Below are positions 57,488-64,000 of a stretch of 64,000 nt of DNA, in pieces. The notes under the pieces are model-generated. The model did no database searches and was not told the origin of the DNA. It was given only the letters and a program-made list of their open reading frames with translations. Location: assembly GCA_963762565.1 (NCBI GenBank), contig CAVXLD010000004.1, positions 113,774 to 177,773 of the forward strand, written 5' to 3'. Source of the stretch: an uncultured Verrucomicrobiae bacterium (GTDB taxonomy: Bacteria > Verrucomicrobiota > Verrucomicrobiia > Chthoniobacterales > JAFAMB01). Numbering within the stretch: the stretch's first letter is position 1; the number at the start of each line of letters is the position of its first letter. A program made the translations under genes and the position numbers.

Positions 57488-59728
57488 ATGCCCGAAATGC
57501 GTCCCCTTTCCACACTTCGCTCGCCGGTCACGTTCTCCGCGCTGTCGGCGTTGACGGCGCTGACGGCGTTAACAGCATTTGGCCAGAGCTCCGATAGTGA
57601 TCACTACCTGCAAGCCCTGGCGGAAACTCAGAATTTCTCGCTCGGACGTCCTATTGAGGCGATGCCGACCGCGGACGGAAAATCGGTGATCTTTCTTCGA
57701 TCGGATTCGCCGCGTGACCGAACCACCAGTCTGTATCGGTTTGATGTTGAATCCGGTCGGACCGAACAATTGGCCGCACCAGAGAAACTGCTCGGAGAGC
57801 AGACTGGGAGCTTAACGCCGGAAGAAAAGATGCGGCAAGAAAGGACCCGAACCAAGGTAACCGGTATCACGAGCTTTGCTCTATCGGAAGATGGCAATCA
57901 GATCGGTTTCACACTGCCAGGCGCTCTTTTCGTCTATCGGCTTGGAACCAAGAGTTTAGTCAAATTGAAAACTGGAGCCGGGAACGCGATCGATCCCACT
58001 TTTTCACCAGACGGCCGAAAAATCGCTTACGTCCGGGACTACAACCTGTTCGTCTACGATCTGGAGACTAATCAGGAACACGCCGTAAACACCGGCGGCA
58101 CCGAAACCAAGTCATTCGGAACGGCTGAATTTGTAGCCCAAGAAGAGATGGCCAGGACGAAAGGCTTTTGGTGGTTACCGGACAACAGAACGATCGTTTA
58201 CCAAGTCAACGATAGCTCCAAGGTCGAGGTTTGGTATGTCGGAGATCCGTCAGCGCCACAGAATCCTCCGTATCCCTCGCGTTACCCCCGCCCGGGAAAG
58301 GAAAACGTAGACGTGCGCTTAGCGTTCGCCAATGCCGAAGACAGCGCCGGCAGCGGCGCCAATGCCAACAACGCCGGCAACGCAGAACCCGTGCGTTGGA
58401 TCGAATGGGATCGCAGTAAGTATCCTTATTTGGCGCGAGTGAGTCCCACCAAGTTTGGCCCCTTAACCATAACCGTCGAGACACGGGACCAACACGAATT
58501 AGTACTTCTCGAGGTCGACTTGCAAACCGGCGCGACCCGGCCGCTTCTAAGGGAGAATGATCCGGATTGGGTGAATATCGACCAAAGCGTGCCGGCCTGG
58601 CTGCCTTCGCATGAGTTTGTCTGGACCAGTGAAAAAAACGGGGCATGGGAGCTAGAACTGCGGCGGCCGGATGGATCTTTGGATAGGGTGGTTGTACCTC
58701 CCAAAAGCGGTTTACAACATTTCTCCGGTGCGACCGGATCCTATCTGTTTTTCCTGGCGGGGAACAATCCGTCCGAGAGTGAGTTATGGCGGGCCAATCC
58801 GGACGATGCCGAGTTAACCAGGCTGGCCGGTGGTTTCCATACAATCTCGGTAAGCGAGAACGGCGCCTCCGTTTTGGCCGACACCGTTCGCGCTCCGGAT
58901 TCGCTAGCCAAAACTTTGGTCCGTCGTACCGACGGAACGGTGTTGGGAGAACTACCGAGCGTGGCCGAAGAGCCGCCCTATTATCCTCGAATCGAATTCT
59001 CGGATAATTCGAGCAAATTTGTCAGCTCGATTGTTCGCCCGCGCAATTTCGATGCCTCGAAAAAATATCCGGTGATCGTGGATGTGTATGCCGGACCCGG
59101 GTATAACCGGGTCCAGAAGATCGCCGAACCGTATCTTATCGACCAATGGCTGGCCGACCAGGGGTTTGTGGTGGTGTCATTCGACGGAAGAGGAACACCC
59201 GGGCGCGGGCGTGATTGGGAGCGTGCAATCTATCAAAAGTTCGGAGAGATACCTTTAGCTGACCAGGTCAGCGCGCTGACTAACTTCGCAGCCAAGCATC
59301 CCGAGTTGGACCTGACCAGAGTGGGGATCACCGGTTGGTCTTTCGGTGGATATATGTCAGTCCTGGCAGTGCTGCGGCGCCCGGACATCTTTAAGGCAGC
59401 TGTCGCAGGCGCTCCCGTAACCGATTGGTTAGATTACGATACTCATTATACCGAGCGCTTTTTGGGGTTACCAGGTGACGACGTCTACACGGCTTCGTCA
59501 CTTATCGCCGATGCACCGAACCTGAACCGGCCTCTTCTGATTATCCACGGAACCGCGGACGATAATGTCTACTTCCGGCACAGCCTCAAACTGATGGACG
59601 CCTTTGAAAAAGCGGGCCGTTCCTTCCAATTCTTACCGATCGCCGGTTCCACCCACATGGTTTTGGACCCCGGACTAAGGGTGCAAATCGAGAAACGAAC
59701 GGTGGAGTTCTTTAAGGCGTCGCTATAA
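57488..59728 (+). CDS. S9B dipeptidyl peptidase IV family protein
   Basis: AEFVAQEEM, YPRPG, VYAGP, GWSFGG, YDTHYTERFLG, HGTADDNV, STH; start uncertain (57488 or 57497). Confidence 0.93.
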   Translation: MPEMRPLSTLRSPVTFSALSALTALTALTAFGQSSDSDHYLQALAETQNFSLGRPIEAMPTADGKSVIFLRSDSPRDRTTSLYRFDVESGRTEQLAAPEKLLGEQTGSLTPEEKMRQERTRTKVTGITSFALSEDGNQIGFTLPGALFVYRLGTKSLVKLKTGAGNAIDPTFSPDGRKIAYVRDYNLFVYDLETNQEHAVNTGGTETKSFGTAEFVAQEEMARTKGFWWLPDNRTIVYQVNDSSKVEVWYVGDPSAPQNPPYPSRYPRPGKENVDVRLAFANAEDSAGSGANANNAGNAEPVRWIEWDRSKYPYLARVSPTKFGPLTITVETRDQHELVLLEVDLQTGATRPLLRENDPDWVNIDQSVPAWLPSHEFVWTSEKNGAWELELRRPDGSLDRVVVPPKSGLQHFSGATGSYLFFLAGNNPSESELWRANPDDAELTRLAGGFHTISVSENGASVLADTVRAPDSLAKTLVRRTDGTVLGELPSVAEEPPYYPRIEFSDNSSKFVSSIVRPRNFDASKKYPVIVDVYAGPGYNRVQKIAEPYLIDQWLADQGFVVVSFDGRGTPGRGRDWERAIYQKFGEIPLADQVSALTNFAAKHPELDLTRVGITGWSFGGYMSVLAVLRRPDIFKAAVAGAPVTDWLDYDTHYTERFLGLPGDDVYTASSLIADAPNLNRPLLIIHGTADDNVYFRHSLKLMDAFEKAGRSFQFLPIAGSTHMVLDPGLRVQIEKRTVEFFKASL

Positions 59729-59742
59729 CGGCGACGCCTAAC

Positions 59743-60001
59743 TTGGTAGGGCGAGGCTCCCGAATGACCCGGGACAATAGCAGGGGAATGGAATGATAGC
59801 CCTAATCTGCGTGAGATTAGGCCGCTGTGCCCGCCGAGCCGGACCCAGGACATGCCACTCTTAAACGCGCCCTGAATGCCTCGAACACGAGGGGTTAGGC
59901 ACGCTACGGCTCGGCAGTTGTTAGGTGTTGCCTGCCCTATCTTCTGCAACACCGTTCTCCCTGCGCAGCTCTTCAGGTCATTCCGGAGCCTCGCCCTACC
60001 A
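59743..60001. repeat. Family A REPIN
   Basis: N72 and N69 interiors. Confidence 0.9.
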
Positions 60002-60073
60002 GTTTATAGCGACGCATAAGTGTTGGCGTAAACGACAGATCTGGAGATTTTATCTCTATCGCACGCTGAGCTT

Positions 60074-60670
60074 ATGAAAAAAGGAACCGAAACACGGAAG
60101 GCCGATTATCCCATAGATTCATTGTTTCTCGACCGGTGGTCCCCACGGGCTATGTCCGGTGAGCCATTGACTGAAGAGGAACTCTTCACCTTGTTCGAGG
60201 CAGCCCGTTGGGCCCCCTCTTCCTTTAACGGTCAGCCGTGGCGAATCTTTTATGCGCGACGGGATACTCCGCACTGGCCGCTCTTTTTAAACCTGCTGGT
60301 CGAGTTCAATCAGAGTTGGGCAAAGCATGCTGCTGCCTTGGTCGTTTTTGCTTCTAAGACGACCTTCGATCACAATGGCGAGCCCGCCGCCACTCACTCT
60401 TTCGATACGGGCGCCGCCTGGGAGAACTTCGCGTTACAAGGCGCACTGAAAGGATTGGTGATTCATGGGATGCAGGGGTTCGATTACGACAGAGCCAAGA
60501 CCGCGCTTAACATCCCGGAAGATTTCAAAGTCGAAGCAATGGCAGTGATCGGCAAACCGGGCCGCAAAGAAGATTTGCCGGAAAAGCTGCGAGAACGGGA
60601 AACTCCAAATGACCGGCGTAAACTAGCTGAAACCGTGTTCGAAGGACCTTACCGGGCGCATAAGCCCTAA
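60074..60670 (+). CDS. Nitroreductase family protein
   Basis: RWSPRAM, EAARWAPSSFNGQPW, FDTGAA, HGMQGFD. Confidence 0.92.
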   Translation: MKKGTETRKADYPIDSLFLDRWSPRAMSGEPLTEEELFTLFEAARWAPSSFNGQPWRIFYARRDTPHWPLFLNLLVEFNQSWAKHAAALVVFASKTTFDHNGEPAATHSFDTGAAWENFALQGALKGLVIHGMQGFDYDRAKTALNIPEDFKVEAMAVIGKPGRKEDLPEKLRERETPNDRRKLAETVFEGPYRAHKP

Positions 60671-60784
60671 ATTACGAAGGCCCGGCGTTCAAGGCCGCTA
60701 ATTGCGAACTCATACTTTAGTATGCCTTGCAAGCGGGGCCGCTCCACGAGATCGATACCGAGGTAGAAACGAAAGCATACGACT

Positions 60785-62419
60785 ATGACGCCATCTATTC
60801 AGTCACTTTCGGGCCGCCCAGCCTGGAAGGCTCTTGAAGCTCATCATGGGAAAATCCGGGATTTGCATCTGCGCAAGCTATTCGGCGACGACCCAGGACG
60901 CGGAGAACGGTTGGCCGTCGAAGAGGTCGGCCTCTACTTAGATTACTCTAAGAATCGGATTACGGATGAGACCGTAAAGCTGCTTCTGGAGTTGGCAGAC
61001 GAATGTGGTCTGCGAGCCCGCATCGACGCAATGTTCCGCGGCGACAAGATCAATATCACTGAAAATCGGGCGGTTCTCCACGTTGCTCTACGCGCGCCGA
61101 AAGGAGCATCGATAGTGGTCGATGGACAGAATGTCGTTCCCGAGGTGCATGAGGTGCTCGACAAAATGGCTGCCTTCTCGGACCGAGTTCGTAGCGGCGC
61201 CTGGACCGGCCACACCGGCAAACGGATTCGCAATGTGATCAATATCGGGATTGGCGGCTCAGACCTGGGGCCAGTGATGGCATATGAGGCTCTAAAACAT
61301 TACAGCGACCGGTCAATGACCTTCCGGTTCGTTTCCAACGTTGATGGGACCGATTTCGCCGAAGCGGTGCAAGGTCTCGACCCGGCAGAGACTCTTTTCA
61401 TTGTCTCCTCAAAGACGTTCACCACGCTGGAAACGATGACCAATGCCCACACGGCACGCGATTGGTCCTTGCAGGGACTGGGGGGCGACACCAAGGCGGT
61501 GGCTAAACATTTTGTGGCCGTCTCGACTAACGCGGCGAAAGTCTCTGAATTCGGCATCGATACCGCCAATATGTTTGGGTTCTGGGATTGGGTAGGCGGC
61601 CGTTACTCGATGGACTCCGCTATCGGTCTTTCCACCATGCTGGCGGTTGGTCCCGACAACTTCCGGGCGCTGCTCGCTGGTTTTCATGAAATGGATGAAC
61701 ATTTTCGCACCGCGCCCTTCGAGCGAAACCTACCGGTGCTCTTGGGCCTGTTGGCGGTATGGTACAACGATTTCTTCAAGGCAGAGACAGTCGCAGTTCT
61801 GCCTTACGAACAATACCTGAAACGGTTCCCTGCCTATCTGCAGCAGCTGACCATGGAAAGCAACGGTAAGCACGTGACCCTTGAGGGAACTACCGTCGAT
61901 TACGCGACCGGGCCGATCTACTGGGGTGAACCCGGAACCAATGGCCAGCATTCGTTCTACCAACTAATCCATCAAGGAACTCGGTTAATTCCTTGCGACT
62001 TCATCGCTTTCGTTGAAACCCTCAATCCTTTAGGCCGCCATCACGATATACTCCTGGCCAACGTGTTTGCCCAAAGTGAAGCCTTAGCCTTTGGCAAGAC
62101 GCCCGAACAAGTCAAAGCGGAAGGAACCGCGGATTGGCTGGTACCCCATCGGGTTTTTGATGGAAACCGGCCATCTAACACGATCCTGGCGCAGGAGCTG
62201 ACCCCAAGCGCACTCGGTAAGTTGGTCGCGCTCTATGAGCACAGCGTGTTTACCCAAGGGGCGGTTTGGAACATCGATTCGTTCGATCAATGGGGCGTCG
62301 AGCTCGGCAAAGTTTTGGCTCAACGCATCATCCCGGAACTCGAATCAAAAACGGAACCCGCACCGGCTCACGATAGTTCCACCAATGCGCTGATTCGCCG
62401 GTATCGAAAACTCAAGTAG
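60785..62419 (+). CDS. pgi: Glucose-6-phosphate isomerase
   Basis: [44 protein letters not shown]. Confidence 0.98.
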   Translation: MTPSIQSLSGRPAWKALEAHHGKIRDLHLRKLFGDDPGRGERLAVEEVGLYLDYSKNRITDETVKLLLELADECGLRARIDAMFRGDKINITENRAVLHVALRAPKGASIVVDGQNVVPEVHEVLDKMAAFSDRVRSGAWTGHTGKRIRNVINIGIGGSDLGPVMAYEALKHYSDRSMTFRFVSNVDGTDFAEAVQGLDPAETLFIVSSKTFTTLETMTNAHTARDWSLQGLGGDTKAVAKHFVAVSTNAAKVSEFGIDTANMFGFWDWVGGRYSMDSAIGLSTMLAVGPDNFRALLAGFHEMDEHFRTAPFERNLPVLLGLLAVWYNDFFKAETVAVLPYEQYLKRFPAYLQQLTMESNGKHVTLEGTTVDYATGPIYWGEPGTNGQHSFYQLIHQGTRLIPCDFIAFVETLNPLGRHHDILLANVFAQSEALAFGKTPEQVKAEGTADWLVPHRVFDGNRPSNTILAQELTPSALGKLVALYEHSVFTQGAVWNIDSFDQWGVELGKVLAQRIIPELESKTEPAPAHDSSTNALIRRYRKLK

Positions 62420-62524
62420 AAAGATCGAGTAGGAAAAGGTCAAGTAGAAGGCTCGAACAGAAAAGCTGACGTAGAAGACGGCTGGCTCTTAAACCTAATA
62501 TAACGAAAAAGAAAGAAACCTAGC

Positions 62525-63556
62525 ATGCAACTCGGAATGATCGGATTGGGCAGAATGGGCGCCAACATGGTTAGACGGTTGTTAAGGGCCGGCCATGAGT
62601 GCGTGGTCTTCGATATGTCACAAAAGACAGTCGAAGAGTTAGCTCAAGAAAAAGCGACCGGATCGACCTCGTTAGCCGACTTTATCGGTAAGCTGGCTAA
62701 GCCGCGCGCCGTGTGGTTGATGGTTCCCGCGGGAGTCGTTGACAAAACCATTGCGGACCTGGCGCCATTGTTAGAACCCGATGATATCCTGATCGACGGC
62801 GGTAATTCTTATTACGTTGACGATATCAGGCGCGCGACGGAGTTGGCTCCGAAAAAGATCCATTACGTTGATGTCGGCACTAGCGGCGGGGTTTGGGGGT
62901 TGGAGCGCGGCTATTGTATGATGATCGGCGGCGAACTGGGCGTGGTGAAACATTTGGACCCGATCTTCGCTACATTGGCGCCCGGACCTGGAGATATTCC
63001 TCGTACCCCAGGCCGCGAAAAAGTCGGCGGCACGGCCGAGGAAGGCTACCTGCATTGCGGACCTAATGGCGCCGGCCATTTCGTTAAGATGGTTCACAAT
63101 GGGATCGAGTACGGAATCATGGCCGCCTACGCCGAAGGGCTGGGTGTTCTGCGCAATGCCAACATTGGTAAGCAGACACACGCCATCGATGCCGAGACGA
63201 CCCCGCTGCGGGACCCGCAGCAGTATCAATATGATATGAATCTCGGCGACATCGCTGAAGTATGGCGTCGGGGCAGTGTGGTCGCTTCTTGGCTACTAGA
63301 CCTAACGGCCATCGCTTTGTTAAAAGATCCAGGCCTTGCGAAATTCAGCGGACACGTCTCCGATTCCGGTGAAGGTCGATGGACCATCAAAGCCGCAATC
63401 GACGAGGGAGTACCTGTTCCGGTACTCACCACCGCTCTCTACGAGCGTTTCAGTTCCCGCGGTGAAGCCGATTTCCAAGACAAAATGCTATCCGCAATGC
63501 GTTTCGAGTTTGGCGGACACTTGGAAAAGCCGGGTAAAGTCGCTGGTGAGAAGTGA
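62525..63556 (+). CDS. gnd: Decarboxylating 6-phosphogluconate dehydrogenase (short YqeC type)
   Basis: [49 protein letters not shown]. Confidence 0.95.
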   Translation: MQLGMIGLGRMGANMVRRLLRAGHECVVFDMSQKTVEELAQEKATGSTSLADFIGKLAKPRAVWLMVPAGVVDKTIADLAPLLEPDDILIDGGNSYYVDDIRRATELAPKKIHYVDVGTSGGVWGLERGYCMMIGGELGVVKHLDPIFATLAPGPGDIPRTPGREKVGGTAEEGYLHCGPNGAGHFVKMVHNGIEYGIMAAYAEGLGVLRNANIGKQTHAIDAETTPLRDPQQYQYDMNLGDIAEVWRRGSVVASWLLDLTAIALLKDPGLAKFSGHVSDSGEGRWTIKAAIDEGVPVPVLTTALYERFSSRGEADFQDKMLSAMRFEFGGHLEKPGKVAGEK

Positions 63557-63578
63557 TACGCGTGCCCGCCCTGCCTTT

Positions 63579-63794
63579 TTGGTGGGGCGAGGCTCCTGGA
63601 CGTCCTAAAATGCCTCGCAAAGCCTAAAAGCGGCCCTCGCCTGCTGACGCACAAATACCAAACAATCCGCCGAGCCGTGGCCCAGCGATAGACCACGGCT
63701 CGGCGCGCTTCACAGTATAACACCGCTATCCGGACCGAAGGAACGATGTCCCTTCGGCATGGCTGTGGATTGTTCGGGAGCCTCGCCCCACCAA
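63579..63794. repeat. Family A REPIN
   Basis: N72 and N72 interiors; both arms are the GTGG variant. Confidence 0.9.
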
Positions 63795-63892
63795 GTGGTG
63801 CCATGCGTCGGCTCACGCCAGACATTCCCCCTAAAACGAGAGCAGCAGAAGATTCGGAAACCGAATCTTCTGCTGCCGCACCCAACTCCGAG

Positions 63893-63938
63893 CCTATAAC
63901 CTAAAACTTTTAACCTATAACCTATAACCAAAACCTAC
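63893..63938. repeat. (CCTATAA)n degenerate heptamer tract
   Basis: cctataacctaaaacttttaacctataacctataaccaaaaccta. Confidence 0.7.
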
Positions 63939-63946
63939 AGCGGCCC

Positions 63947-64000
63947 TGCCGATGGCGGGACTCGAACCCGCACGGACCTTTCGATCCAACGGATTTTAAG
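63947..64000 (-). tRNA. tRNA-Leu(TAA), 3' part; truncated by the window end
   Basis: Reverse complement CTTAAAATCCG-TTGGATCGAAAGGTCCGT-GCGGGTTCGAGTCCCGC-CATCGGCA: anticodon loop, long variable arm, T arm, discriminator A; CCA not encoded. Confidence 0.92.

Noticed and set aside
62413..62480. Degenerate ~14-nt AGTAGAA repeats between pgi and gnd
   Set aside because: Too short and irregular to support a functional call
10151..63794. Family A repeats as a CRISPR-like or other tandem guide array
   Set aside because: Units are dispersed inverted pairs rather than tandem direct repeats, interiors are distantly homologous to each other, and no cas-like gene is in the window
10151..63794. Family A repeats as integron attC sites
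   Set aside because: No RYYYAAC/GTTRRRY ends, no integrase, and the flanking genes are housekeeping genes
63947..64000. tRNA-Leu as an island attachment site
   Set aside because: I noticed no duplicate of its 3' end and no integrase in the window; adjacent genes are core metabolism

Overview
Core-chromosome segment of a moderately GC-rich bacterium, most consistent with a soil Verrucomicrobiota/Chthoniobacterales-type organism (inference from gene content and repeat style). It carries housekeeping genes (gpmI, cysI, dapA-dapB, folK-panB, accA, acpP, uvrB, pgi, gnd, partial tRNA-Leu(TAA)), carbohydrate loci (debranching enzyme, GH51 plus ABC transporter, lectin-GH92 plus ROK regulator), a VapBC-type TA pair, a copC/copD copper locus, a FUSC efflux module and a YjgC-type formate dehydrogenase. 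Most intergenic spaces hold nested REP/REPIN-like inverted repeats of at least six families. The main result is a complete 1610-bp IS1111-type (IS110 family) element at 27932-29541, inserted precisely into one REP arm. Its 3' non-coding end contains two guide-hairpin-guide loops matching the REP target (CTCGCCCC/ACCAA) and the element's own end junction (GGCAT-CT-CCTAT), so a bridge RNA can be read from the sequence. The targeted REP family is itself unusual: conserved ends bracket a highly diverged interior of nearly fixed length (69-73 nt). Other notable items are a ykkC subtype-2-like riboswitch ahead of a DMT/EamA transporter, an unannotated 30-aa basic ORF, REP-derived in-frame insertions in DapB and a DPP-IV peptidase, and a CxxC/PPPR leader ORF heading the copper operon. 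All assignments were made by eye, with no database searches.
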